A stretch of DNA of 27,206 bases from a virus. Taxonomy: Duplodnaviria > Caudoviricetes. The stretch covers positions 1 through 27,206 of the IMG/VR virus record IMGVR_UViG_3300039216_000224. One strand, given 5' to 3'. Position numbers and translations under genes: made by a program. The notes beneath the pieces are model-generated. The model was not told the DNA's origin. It searched no databases and saw only the letters and a program-made list of their open reading frames with translations. Shown one piece after another: positions 9,612 through 17,952 of this stretch (position 1 is its first letter; each line of letters opens with the position of its first letter).

Positions 9612-10022
9612 TTACAACTGTAAACTTTGAGGAAGTGCTACATCCTCGATCGCGCCCAGCGCCCGCGCCAGGCACTCGATCTCCAAAACCAGCCGCCAGG
9701 TCGGAATTCCAAAGGCTACCGCAAACCTTTCAATGTGCATCGGCGATGGTGTGCAGTGCCCGTTCTCGTACTTCGATATGTACGTCCGCTTGCATTTCAA
9801 CTGCTTGGCCATCTGCCGCTGCGATCTCTCGCCGCGGTGTGCGCAGAGTACCAGCTTTGTCGCCAGGGCGAGCATTTCATTTGTTGGTTGCCGGTCAAGA
9901 TCGAACTTGTAGGCTGGGAGTGTCAACGGCTTCGAGCAGCGCCTACAGCAACCGTTGTGCGTGCGGTATTGATTTAGGCCGCAGTGCGGGCAGCGGGTCA
10001 CGGGGTCGTCTTCTTCCATCAC
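9612..10022 (-). CDS. Zn-ribbon plus XRE helix-turn-helix transcriptional regulator
   Basis: RCPHCGLNQYRTHNGCCRRC followed by SQRQMAKQLKCKRTYISKYENGHCTPS. The start is GTG 10022 or ATG 10019, overlapping the upstream TGA. Confidence 0.8.
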   Translation of the reverse strand: MMEEDDPVTRCPHCGLNQYRTHNGCCRRCSKPLTLPAYKFDLDRQPTNEMLALATKLVLCAHRGERSQRQMAKQLKCKRTYISKYENGHCTPSPMHIERFAVAFGIPTWRLVLEIECLARALGAIEDVALPQSLQL

Positions 10023-10261
10023 CGCTTTTTCCCCTGCTTCGTCAGGTGTCCCAGATGCCAATGACCGCCGCAAATCCTGCACCGGTAAGCCCTCAGCGTC
10101 CCTTCGCCGCGATCAACTACGCCGACAGGATTGCGGGCCGTCCGCGCCGCCTTCATGGCTCCGTTGCGGCATGGGAAAGCTACCTTCGTACATCGCTGCT
10201 GCACGTGGACTTGGCTATCGGGATTTAGAAAGGCGTGGGCCATGATGCCTCGGCGTTTCAA
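10019..10261 (-). CDS. Small phage Zn-binding protein (probable ATG start at 10243)
   Basis: C.KVAF...RAYRCRICGGHWHL pattern, common in small phage proteins. Confidence 0.65.
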   Translation of the reverse strand: MKRRGIMAHAFLNPDSQVHVQQRCTKVAFPCRNGAMKAARTARNPVGVVDRGEGTLRAYRCRICGGHWHLGHLTKQGKKR

Positions 10262-10263
10262 TC

Positions 10264-10392
10264 GCGGCAGAGCGGACGCGTTGTGAGCTACAGGTCACTT
10301 AAACCGGAGGAACGCCCAGACCCTCTGCAAACCCGCACGAAGTGGCTGCTCTTCATGGACGATTCCGTCCGCTCTGCTATCCCCTTGCGGGG
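10264..10392 (-). other. Structured intergenic RNA element
   Basis: 12-bp perfect inverted repeat at 10267-10278 / 10366-10377 with internal hairpins, plus a CCCC-GCAA-GGGG tetraloop hairpin (minus strand) at 10381-10392. Confidence 0.5.
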
Positions 10393-10395
10393 AAC

Positions 10396-10584
10396 TTAAC
10401 CTAGTTTCGCCCGAACAAAGCAATCCTTCGCTTCGAGCAGTTTACGGAGTCCTGCCGACTTCTCAGGTCCATCGGGCAATGTCACGTCGAACGCAACGGC
10501 CATTTCTCCGATAGGCTTGCTGATCTCCTGTAGATGAACAGGAAGATGCTCATAGGCAAAATACTTCAAGATTGGTGCGTTCAT
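10396..10584 (-). CDS. Conserved small helical phage protein (possible Acb2/Tad1-like hairpin)
   Basis: FAYEHLPVHLQEISKP...PEKSAGLRKLLEAKDCFVRA, a motif I recognise from many phages. AGGAG RBS and ATGA coupling. Confidence 0.75.
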   Translation of the reverse strand: MNAPILKYFAYEHLPVHLQEISKPIGEMAVAFDVTLPDGPEKSAGLRKLLEAKDCFVRAKLG

Positions 10585-10781
10585 GCTGTCAATCTCCTTG
10601 CTTCAAAGAATAGCGGTGATGCGGTTGATCCGCATTTTTCGCAGTAGTGCTCCATCCTTGCCGGGTCAAAGTTCATCGGCCACTGACAGCCGGGGCAACT
10701 CTCAAACGCAGGAGCAGAGCGATAGCGCTTGGCGGTAATCTCCGAAAGGACTAAAGCCCACGCTTTGCCAGTGTCCGTCAT
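10581..10781 (-). CDS. Small Zn-ribbon protein
   Basis: CPGC...CEKC; ATGA overlaps on both sides. Confidence 0.65.
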   Translation of the reverse strand: MTDTGKAWALVLSEITAKRYRSAPAFESCPGCQWPMNFDPARMEHYCEKCGSTASPLFFEARRLTA

Positions 10782-11122
10782 CTCGCCAATCCTTTCACTT
10801 CCCGTCCATGAATGTCATCCGGTCCCAACTGCTTTCCGCCGTAGCCTACGGCATAATCCGGCTTGCAGTACCAAAAACCCCTACATGCGCTGCAACTGTA
10901 AAGCATCGCATTCTGCCGGATGGCGGCAGGCTTTCCGGGCATTGTCGAGACCGTTACATGCTCGACCGTGATTGTTCCGGGCCGGTGACAGGCCGGACAT
11001 GGTTCTTTCAGGCTTACCGGCTTGTGCTGCTTCGGTTTCGCGGGAGGGGACGGGAGAATCGACCGGGGAAGGAACAGCCGGAGGAACCAGAAGAACGCTC
11101 GGCCTAGCCAAATCCAAAGCAT
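10778..11122 (-). CDS. Zn-ribbon protein with a hydrophobic N-terminus
   Basis: MLWIWLGRAFFWFLRLFL followed by CPAC...CSAC; AGGA RBS just after the terminase stop. Confidence 0.6.
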   Translation of the reverse strand: MLWIWLGRAFFWFLRLFLPRSILPSPPAKPKQHKPVSLKEPCPACHRPGTITVEHVTVSTMPGKPAAIRQNAMLYSCSACRGFWYCKPDYAVGYGGKQLGPDDIHGREVKGLAR

Positions 11123-11136
11123 GTAACAATCCTATC

Positions 11137-12888
11137 CTACTTCCGCATGTTTGTAACAGGTCCGCGCGTGAAAATCTTTGGATCGAACTCCGCCGTCTTG
11201 ACCGCCGGCCATGACGCGGAACAGGAGTTGCATCGATAATTGTTCCCGATTCGGACTACTGCGGTCGATTTGCAGTTGATGCAGGTTACGGTCTGAACCC
11301 CGGTATCCGGCTTGGTCATCTTCGCGCTTTCCATGTATTCCTGCACTTTCTGCTGTTCGCCCGCGGCTTGCTGGGCGGCGTAGGTCAGTAAACCGTAGCT
11401 GTAGTTATGGCCGCGCAGCCAGTTTACTCCCTGCGCAAAGGCATCGACCCAATCGTCATTCGCTCCGTTAGGGAACATGGCCATATGCTCGACGAATTCA
11501 TGATTCCATGGGGCCTCGATTAGATAGACGTTCCCGGCCTCGCATTCAGGGGTTGACGCATCTGCGCGTTGCAGTTTTGATCCTTGGGGCTCGACCGCAA
11601 TCAGTCCGGGTATTTTGCTCTTGAGGGACGCAATAATTGCCGGCCCATTGGCCTTCTTTTCGACTAGGTGCCTACTCGCGAGGGGATGTGAGATTGCGAA
11701 GTTGACGACCGCCTGCTGCTGTTGGGGGAATGGGAGGCGTGCCTTGAATGCGTCAAGGACATCTATATCAGCTCCGCATTTCCCGAGGCAGAAAGCAGCA
11801 TTGTAATCCGAGTCCGCATTGCCCTCCACGGCAAAGTCCCACGTGGTGATGATCTGATCGTACTTAGCTCGTGGCGTGCCGCGGTACTTCCACCACTCGC
11901 GCAGGAAAACGATACCGGAATCGGGGGCAGGCTGCTGCTGATCCTGCGTTGCCCATGTGCGCGTGTGGATCTTCCGGTTTGCGATGACTTCCGGCGTGTG
12001 ACGCCGTGGCTGCAGGACATCTCCCGTCTCGCGGGCGTGAACCTTTCCAGATATAGGGAAAGAGTATTCCTTCCTTGCGGGGGCTTCCAGCGGAACGACT
12101 ACATCCTGCCACTGGCCGGGTTCATTTGTTTTCAGCCAGCCCGTCAGGTCGTTTTCCCCGGTTCTCTGTTCGATCACGATAATGACACCCGTCGCCGGAT
12201 CGTTGAGGCGCTGGCGAAAGACGTTCGGAAACCACTCGTGAAGTTCTTTTATCTTCGCTGCGCTCCGCGCCTCCGCCGGATTCATCGCATCGTCAACGAT
12301 GAGGATGTCGCCGCCTTTACCGAGCGCCTCAGAACTCCCCACAGATGTAGCAATCATTTCCCCTTGTGCTGTGTTCCGGTATTGGTCGCGCCGGTTTGTA
12401 TCCCGCGTGAACTCTAATGGCCATAGGTTTTGATACCAGCGCGACTCTATCAGGCGGCGGCGCGCTGCCGAATGGTCTCCACTGAGGCCGGATGAGTGGC
12501 TGGCGGTAAGGAACCGCATCCCAGGCTGCCTGGTCCAAACCCACGCGGGGAAGCAAATTGTAGCTTCACTGGACTTGGCTGTCCTCGGTGGAACGTTGAT
12601 TATCAGGCGGCGAATCTGGCGAAGAAAGGCGGCTTGCAAGTATTCGCCGATCAAGTCATAATGCCAGGACCACTCCAGATCTTTTCCCGGCTCAAGCACG
12701 TTCCATGATGCGCGAAAGAATGCCGCTGGATTCTTGCCCGCTTCGGCTCGCCTTGCTTCGATGCACTCCTCGTCCGCCGTCATATCGGCGAACCTCTGCT
12801 TCTCTGCCGCCAGAAACTCAAGCTCTTTGAGTTCCGCGTCCGTAAAGTACGGCATCAGTTCCGCGATGTTGGGGGCGATAGCGGCCAT
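11137..12888 (-). CDS. terL: Terminase large subunit with a C-terminal Zn ribbon
   Basis: Walker A INVPPRTAKS, Walker B ILIVDD, and nuclease motifs TWDFA, SDYNA, VEKKANG, FPNGANDDWVDA; tail CINC..CNSC. ATG 12888 is preferred over 12939 because it avoids overlap and follows a TAAACT -10 box. Confidence 0.93.
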   Translation of the reverse strand: MAAIAPNIAELMPYFTDAELKELEFLAAEKQRFADMTADEECIEARRAEAGKNPAAFFRASWNVLEPGKDLEWSWHYDLIGEYLQAAFLRQIRRLIINVPPRTAKSSEATICFPAWVWTRQPGMRFLTASHSSGLSGDHSAARRRLIESRWYQNLWPLEFTRDTNRRDQYRNTAQGEMIATSVGSSEALGKGGDILIVDDAMNPAEARSAAKIKELHEWFPNVFRQRLNDPATGVIIVIEQRTGENDLTGWLKTNEPGQWQDVVVPLEAPARKEYSFPISGKVHARETGDVLQPRRHTPEVIANRKIHTRTWATQDQQQPAPDSGIVFLREWWKYRGTPRAKYDQIITTWDFAVEGNADSDYNAAFCLGKCGADIDVLDAFKARLPFPQQQQAVVNFAISHPLASRHLVEKKANGPAIIASLKSKIPGLIAVEPQGSKLQRADASTPECEAGNVYLIEAPWNHEFVEHMAMFPNGANDDWVDAFAQGVNWLRGHNYSYGLLTYAAQQAAGEQQKVQEYMESAKMTKPDTGVQTVTCINCKSTAVVRIGNNYRCNSCSASWPAVKTAEFDPKIFTRGPVTNMRK

Positions 12889-12893
12889 GAAAC

Positions 12894-13202
12894 CTAGTTT
12901 ATTCCGGCAGGCGCCGTCCGGTGACATCCGCAACTGCAACGCTGCCCGGCTAGTCCATGGTTCGGCTTATGGCGGCCATGGCATACGCCGTGGTGACCTT
13001 GTGCGCATTTGGCCGTAGGGTGCGCGCCTATCTCCGGCGTCTCGCGGTTCAGCCCCTTCATGCTGGTAGGCAGGTGGACGGCCTCCATGCGTTCATGGCA
13101 CCATGCGCCGGTGGCTAAGGCAATCGATCGCATACAGTTTCTTCCGGCGGGAGCGCCGCACGCGGGGCAGGGAATGGATTTGAATGCGAGGTTGGTTCTC
13201 AT
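12894..13202 (-). CDS. Cys/His-rich Zn-finger protein
   Basis: CPACGAPAGRNC...CHER plus a second C/H cluster. Confidence 0.6.
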   Translation of the reverse strand: MRTNLAFKSIPCPACGAPAGRNCMRSIALATGAWCHERMEAVHLPTSMKGLNRETPEIGAHPTAKCAQGHHGVCHGRHKPNHGLAGQRCSCGCHRTAPAGIN

Positions 13203-13221
13203 CGCGCTACCCTTTCACGCC

Positions 13222-13434
13222 CTATCCTTCGTTTTCCTTCCGCAACTCACCGTCCGCCAACCTTGCGCCCTGCACAACAAAAACGGGCCGCGCCAGAATC
13301 CGCGCGATCGCCTCAACCACCATCTGCTGCATCGGAGGCACACCCTGGATGCTCAGCGCATCCCGCTGTACCTGTATTCGCATGAGCGCGGCTAATTGCT
13401 GGTCGTTGGTCTGATGGAAGTCTATGGAGGGCAT
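13222..13434 (-). CDS. Hypothetical protein (70 aa, MPSIDFHQ...)
   Basis: TGATG overlap with the upstream stop and a GGGAGG RBS set the start at 13434. Confidence 0.6.
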   Translation of the reverse strand: MPSIDFHQTNDQQLAALMRIQVQRDALSIQGVPPMQQMVVEAIARILARPVFVVQGARLADGELRKENEG

Positions 13435-14090
13435 CAGCGCCTCCCGCTGGCCCGGCAGGTTACGCACAGCGCAACGTTGGGAAATCCATGCTCGCAGCCG
13501 GTACGTCTCGGTAGCGCGGGCGGAATCGGCTTCACGGGTTCGGGTTCCTGCGGGACAGCCTCTTGCTTAATCTCCGGGCTGTCCGCAACGGCGCCCGCGG
13601 TCATGTCGGCAATTGCCATCTCTTCGGCCACGGCGTCAAGGTTGGCGACGCTGGGGCGAGTGTCACCCATCACAATGGGGATCGTTAAACCGCAGTGTGT
13701 TTCCTCAAATCTCAGGTTTGACACGTCAGCGGAGATTGGCTTGCGAGTGAAGAGCCCCGTCCTGATCGCTTGCGGCGATTCCAAGTCGCCGACACCGAAG
13801 GCTTCATCGGCCTGGGCAGGCGCATCAACCTTCTCGGCCGGCGCTTCCAGAAAATCCATCGGATCAATCGTCTGCTCTTCCGCGTGCTTTGTTGGCTCCT
13901 TCATAATCGCCTCCTCCGGCTCCGGCTTGCCGCCCTTCGCCGCTTTCTTTGATTTTCTCATTCTCTTGAACCTCTCATTAGCGCAAGCCCGGCACTCTCT
14001 CGTTTCCTTGCCGCCCCTTGTGGTCCGGAGAATCAGGTTCGCCGGATCGTCAAGCGAGTGTCCGTTGTGGCATGTGTTACGCTTTTTCAA
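13434..14090 (-). CDS. Hypothetical protein with N- and C-terminal Zn motifs and an acidic linker
   Basis: CHNGH...RECRAC (as found appended to phage HNH proteins) and CEHG...CVTC; TTG start with a GGAG RBS. Confidence 0.7.
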   Translation of the reverse strand: MKKRNTCHNGHSLDDPANLILRTTRGGKETRECRACANERFKRMRKSKKAAKGGKPEPEEAIMKEPTKHAEEQTIDPMDFLEAPAEKVDAPAQADEAFGVGDLESPQAIRTGLFTRKPISADVSNLRFEETHCGLTIPIVMGDTRPSVANLDAVAEEMAIADMTAGAVADSPEIKQEAVPQEPEPVKPIPPALPRRTGCEHGFPNVALCVTCRASGRR

Positions 14091-14103
14091 CCTTGCTCTC
14101 CGG

Positions 14104-14247
14104 TCAATCCTTCGCTTGCTTCAAGCAGGCTTTCAGTTCGTTTGCCCACTTGCGGATCGTCTGCTTATCGGCCGTCTCCTGGTAGACGGAAAAGCAAAGC
14201 ATCCGGTCGGCAATGTCCGAGATTTGCTTGCGCACCGTGGCTGTCAT
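14104..14247 (-). CDS. Small protein, 47 aa (not in ORF track)
   Basis: MTATVRKQISDIADRMLCFSVYQETADKQTIRKWANELKACLKQAKD*; ATGA overlap with the upstream small ORF, filling the gap. Confidence 0.6.
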   Translation of the reverse strand: MTATVRKQISDIADRMLCFSVYQETADKQTIRKWANELKACLKQAKD

Positions 14248-14366
14248 TTCCCTTCAAGCCTCTTGAGCCTTCGCGCCATGCGGCTGCAGGCGATACAGAG
14301 CGCGATGGAGGCTATACTGTTGAAGAATCCCGCCGCCATGAGCAGAACAAAAAGGAGGTCATCCAT
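14244..14366 (-). CDS. Small membrane peptide, 40 aa (not in ORF track)
   Basis: MDDLLFVLLMAAGFFNSIASIALCIACSRMARRLKRLEGK*; TGATG and ATGA couplings on either side. Confidence 0.6.
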   Translation of the reverse strand: MDDLLFVLLMAAGFFNSIASIALCIACSRMARRLKRLEGK

Positions 14367-14941
14367 CAGCTAATCCTCGCGCCGTGGCGCAAGCCGCACC
14401 ACTCCTCAACGGTTTGCACGTGTTTGCCGGTCGCCGTCATCAGCATCACAATTCGACCGTCGCCGTTGATGATCGGATTCAGCCCTAATTTGTGGAGATC
14501 ACCTACCGTCACTCGGAAGCCGTCCGCAAACAGGATCGGCTGGATTGTTTTGGGCTCGGGGTTCATCGGGTCGACTTCCACAATGCGCGGCGGATACGGA
14601 CCCATACCGGCGGCGTGCGAAGATTGCGGGCACTTGTGCTCGCCGTCCTTGGCTTTCATGCGGCCGCAGAGAGGGCAGCGCCGAAGGCCTAGCTTTGCGA
14701 CTTCATCCGCGCGCGCGGGGATTCTTGCATTCCAGCTCGCTACAAGTGGGTTGGGCACGTTCGGATTCGTAGGGAGCGAGTTTACGGTCTTGATCAGATC
14801 GTTCGCTTGAGCGATCTTGTCTATGACGGAACCATTGAACGCCAACCGGATGAACCAGAGGGCGGCGGCGAACAACCCGCAGATCGCCAAGGCCATCAGC
14901 ATCCACCAGAGGTAGACCGGGATTGGAACTTGATCGGTCAT
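14366..14941 (-). CDS. Membrane-anchored hypothetical protein with a Zn motif
   Basis: N-terminal TM helix, CPLC...H.C motif, GGAGG RBS, ATGA overlap. Confidence 0.7.
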   Translation of the reverse strand: MTDQVPIPVYLWWMLMALAICGLFAAALWFIRLAFNGSVIDKIAQANDLIKTVNSLPTNPNVPNPLVASWNARIPARADEVAKLGLRRCPLCGRMKAKDGEHKCPQSSHAAGMGPYPPRIVEVDPMNPEPKTIQPILFADGFRVTVGDLHKLGLNPIINGDGRIVMLMTATGKHVQTVEEWCGLRHGARIS

Positions 14942-15198
14942 TCGGCCTCCTGGAGTTCCTTTTCAAACCAAGCGATCAGCGCGCCATGCTCCTCATGGCT
15001 CGTAAATCGAGCAAGCGCGTGAAGATACCGCAAAGTTGCAGTTCCACGATCTGTGAAATCAAGACCATGGGGAGTTTTGGTTCCGTCTTTTTCGATCCAA
15101 TGGGTTACGATCACATTCAATTCAGGCACAAAGCTCACAACTGCTTGCCTTCCGTTGGGGGAGTTAAGCGTATGTTGGCTAACTTTTGTGATTCCCAT
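14938..15198 (-). CDS. Hypothetical protein
   Basis: ATG 15198 lies just after the upstream stop with a GAGG RBS. Confidence 0.6.
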   Translation of the reverse strand: MGITKVSQHTLNSPNGRQAVVSFVPELNVIVTHWIEKDGTKTPHGLDFTDRGTATLRYLHALARFTSHEEHGALIAWFEKELQEAE

Positions 15199-15200
15199 TA

Positions 15201-15443
15201 TCAGGCCTCTGGGTGGCACTGCTGGACTGTGATGGGCGGATTGAGCACATTCCGATCACGTCCGCTCAGCACGGCGTCGACCATGCGGTAGATGTTTGGC
15301 AGCACATCGGACTCCAGCACGGCGGGAAACATCCGGTCCTTACGGGTGCTGAGTGGATGCAAGAGCATCTTTTCAAAGCAGGCGCGCGTGATTTCGATGG
15401 CCAGCGTGTCGCGCAACTCCCGCAATTCGTTTTCGGGGGTCAT
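15201..15443 (-). CDS. Hypothetical protein (MTPENELREL...)
   Basis: ATG 15443 follows the upstream stop at 15451; helical composition. Confidence 0.55.
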   Translation of the reverse strand: MTPENELRELRDTLAIEITRACFEKMLLHPLSTRKDRMFPAVLESDVLPNIYRMVDAVLSGRDRNVLNPPITVQQCHPEA

Positions 15444-15450
15444 AGATTGC

Positions 15451-15849
15451 CTACTTTCCCGGCATGGGCGGCTTAACCGCGGGCCGCGCCGGCGATCTCG
15501 GGGCCTGAGGGGTCTGCGCTTGCTGTGCCGGAACAACCTGACCGCTCTGGATATTCACCGCCCAGCCGGGATGCGCCTGCATGAAAACGGCTTCAAAATC
15601 CTGAATGTCCTTCGACAGCGCCGCAACCTTCAGTTGCAGATTTTCAGTTTTCAACTGCTCGAACTCATTCAGCGTTGGCGGTTGCTGGGGCTGTGGCGGC
15701 TGCTGTGCGGCCAGCGGCGCCGGGGTAGGGGTTTGCACGGTCTGTGCGGCTACGGGCGGAGCAGGGGCCGCCGTGGGCTTTTGAGCGTGGCTTACAAGGG
15801 TTGCGGTAAGCAAGGAAAGGCAAAGGGTGAAGCGGGTTAGATTTCGCAT
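15451..15849 (-). CDS. Secreted Pro/Gln-rich protein with a short coiled coil
   Basis: Signal peptide MRNLTRFTLCLSLLTATLVSHA. The track's TTG start at 15885 is actually the -35 box. Confidence 0.75.
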   Translation of the reverse strand: MRNLTRFTLCLSLLTATLVSHAQKPTAAPAPPVAAQTVQTPTPAPLAAQQPPQPQQPPTLNEFEQLKTENLQLKVAALSKDIQDFEAVFMQAHPGWAVNIQSGQVVPAQQAQTPQAPRSPARPAVKPPMPGK

Positions 15850-15856
15850 GAGCAGA

Positions 15857-15885
15857 ACTCTACGCCCCGCATGGAAGATTGTCAA
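15857..15885 (-). promoter_or_regulatory. Sigma70-type promoter, leaderless transcript
   Basis: TTGACA-17 nt-TAGAGT-7 nt-ATG. Confidence 0.8.
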
Positions 15886-16020
15886 AGGATATTTTGTAAC
15901 ATGCCGGGATTTAGCTCCCGGTCATGGCCAGCGGTTGCGGAGTTTGGATTTGCGAGAGGAGGGACGGTGGAAGGAACGTGCGCGGGTTGGATTGGCGGGG
16001 CTGGCTTGGTAAGGGTACTT

Positions 16021-16263
16021 CTACGCCGCAACGTCCTCAAAGTCAAGATGGAACTGCGCCACGCGGAACGCCTGGTCGACCACTAGGTTCGCGGGATCAT
16101 GCGCGGTGCGGTGCCCCAGGTCTAGGTCGTACCACTCCACCAGCGCGCGGCCACGGGCATCGAAGCCGACAACGCAGCCGGGATCGCCGGCAATGGCGAA
16201 CTTGAGGTAAACCCTCGTCCCGATCTCGATTTCGCTGCGCTCCGTCATGGCGATCACCGTCAT
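16021..16263 (-). CDS. Small SH3/KOW-like beta-barrel protein (80 aa)
   Basis: IEIGTRVYLK...PGCVVGF...ALVEW pattern; extended -10 TGcTATGCT 6 nt before ATG 16263. Confidence 0.65.
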   Translation of the reverse strand: MTVIAMTERSEIEIGTRVYLKFAIAGDPGCVVGFDARGRALVEWYDLDLGHRTAHDPANLVVDQAFRVAQFHLDFEDVAA

Positions 16264-16421
16264 GAAATAAGCATAGCATGGAAGAAGTTGAACGCTGAGC
16301 AAAATGTGACAGGGCGCAAAAATCCCCCGATACGGCGCCTTAAACCGTACCGGGGGAGGGAGACGCATGTTTCCAAAGAGGAACTGCCGGCTTAGGCCGG
16401 TCTGATGGAATTGTACGCCTA

Positions 16422-16595
16422 CTAGGGCCGCTCCCGGCAAGCCTCGCAGTTGGCCGCGTGGTCCCGTTGAACGCGCTGGGCATCGAGAACCCATTGGGCG
16501 TAGAGAACTTGCATAGGGAAGAGATTTGCGGCTTTCTGGAGGTTCTGCGCGTTGCGCTCCGCTGCTTCCAGTTCCGTCATGGTTTCGCATTCCAT
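16422..16595 (-). CDS. Small helical protein with C...HxxxCxxC, 57 aa (not in ORF track)
   Basis: GGAGGA RBS 5 nt before an ATG that lies 1 nt after the DnaB stop: MECETMTELEAAERNAQNLQKAANLFPMQVLYAQWVLDAQRVQRDHAANCEACRERP**. Confidence 0.65.
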   Translation of the reverse strand: MECETMTELEAAERNAQNLQKAANLFPMQVLYAQWVLDAQRVQRDHAANCEACRERP

Positions 16596-16596
16596 G

Positions 16597-17952
16597 TCAG
16601 TCCTCCGTATCCGCCCAGTAGGTCGTCTTGGATGATCCAGACTCCTGCCGGTCCCGGAATTCCCCCCACCGCTCGGCCCTGATTCCGAATGCCCGTAGGC
16701 TCTGCATTTCGCGCATTTTAGCGAGAAAGCACATATCCTCGCCCGTGTACTCCTTGTCTTTCCGCGTCCGGTGAAGCATAAGAATCATCTGCGCTGCCTG
16801 CTCGAAGGCGCTTGAGCCTAAGATGTCCTCTACGTCCGGGTAGCGGTTCAAATCATTCGGCGGAGCTCGCCGCAACTGGGCCAGGGCCACGGTTCGGCAA
16901 TAATCCCGCGCGATATGGCGAAGTGTCTCCGCCTGTTTCGGGGCCGCCTCAATAATCGTTCTAGCCTTCGGTACGATGATCAGTTGGGCATAATCGGCCA
17001 CAATCAGATCAGCCTTCCAGCGCTTCGCCGCCAGGATGGCTCGGGAGCGGAAGTCGCTTACCTTCATTTCGTGCGTGTCATCAATGAAGATTGGAAGATC
17101 TAAAAGCTCCTCTTGCGCCAGGCGTATACGCCGACGCTGTTCAGGGGTAAGACACCGCGGGTCCCGCATGGCTGCGACCGGAACCTGTGCAATTAAACGC
17201 CAGAAACGCCGTTGGAGTTGCTCCTGCTTCATTTCCATGCTTTGCAAATGCACCCGCAGACCGCGCCGGGCGTTCGCTAGTGTAAGTTGCAGAGCGGCTT
17301 CCGTTTTCCCACTATGCGGCCGTCCGGCGATTAGGCAGAGTTCCCCCTCCATAAGTCCGCTTGTTACGCGGTCTATTTCCGGGGTGAACACGCTGGCACC
17401 AAGCGTTCCGCCCATCTGAACGTTGCACTCTGCGTCAAATTGGTTAGCTGCGTCAACTACCAGATCGGCGATGGGCCTGCCGTGGCGCGTTACCCGCGCG
17501 GCCGATTCTTGCATTTGCTCAATGACGGAACTGATGGTTTCGGCGGCGGATTCAGATTGGTCCGCGGCTCTTTCAATCGCAGACTCACATATGCCCATCA
17601 GGCGGCGCCCGAGGGCTATGTCCCGGAGAATCTGGATGTACTGATCGCTTACCGGCCGGCGCGGAAGCCCCTCCGTCAAACTGGCCAGGTAAGCCACTCC
17701 GCCGACAGCCTCAATCTCTTTGTGAGTGGCAAGTCGCTGAGAGAGTGTTGCAATGTCTGCCTGTATACCCTCATCTAACAACTCGCCCATTCTCAGCCAG
17801 ATGCGGCGGTGTGAATCAAGCGAGAAGTCATCCGCCTCTACGCCTGACTCTTGTGCTGTGTAGTAGGCAAGATTGTCAAGCATCACCGCGCCCAGAATGG
17901 TGCGCTCAAGGTCGGGGGAAGCCGGCGCGGATAAGAGGACTGTGGTGCTCAT
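16597..17952 (-). CDS. dnaB: DnaB-like replicative helicase
   Basis: N-terminal ERTILGAVM..DFSLDSHRRIW..VGGVAYLASL; Walker A IAGRPHSGKT; SMEM, ADYAQLI, LAQL, GSSAFEQAA. Confidence 0.95.
   Translation of the reverse strand: MSTTVLLSAPASPDLERTILGAVMLDNLAYYTAQESGVEADDFSLDSHRRIWLRMGELLDEGIQADIATLSQRLATHKEIEAVGGVAYLASLTEGLPRRPVSDQYIQILRDIALGRRLMGICESAIERAADQSESAAETISSVIEQMQESAARVTRHGRPIADLVVDAANQFDAECNVQMGGTLGASVFTPEIDRVTSGLMEGELCLIAGRPHSGKTEAALQLTLANARRGLRVHLQSMEMKQEQLQRRFWRLIAQVPVAAMRDPRCLTPEQRRRIRLAQEELLDLPIFIDDTHEMKVSDFRSRAILAAKRWKADLIVADYAQLIIVPKARTIIEAAPKQAETLRHIARDYCRTVALAQLRRAPPNDLNRYPDVEDILGSSAFEQAAQMILMLHRTRKDKEYTGEDMCFLAKMREMQSLRAFGIRAERWGEFRDRQESGSSKTTYWADTED

Noticed and set aside
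10264-10380. tRNA-like reading of the multibranch structure
   Set aside because: No T-loop GTTCRA, D-loop consensus or 7-bp acceptor geometry.
13396-14810. Plus-strand ORFs of 325 and 250 aa
   Set aside because: They are antisense shadows of a tightly coupled minus-strand gene run, with no motifs.
15930-16020. C-rich, G-poor tract on the minus strand after the SH3-like gene
   Set aside because: Compatible with a Rho utilisation site, but composition alone is too weak to call.
16264-16590. N-terminal 109 aa of the tracked ORF 16021-16590
   Set aside because: It overlaps a better 57-aa ORF with a strong RBS and the promoter of the 80-aa gene starting at 16263.
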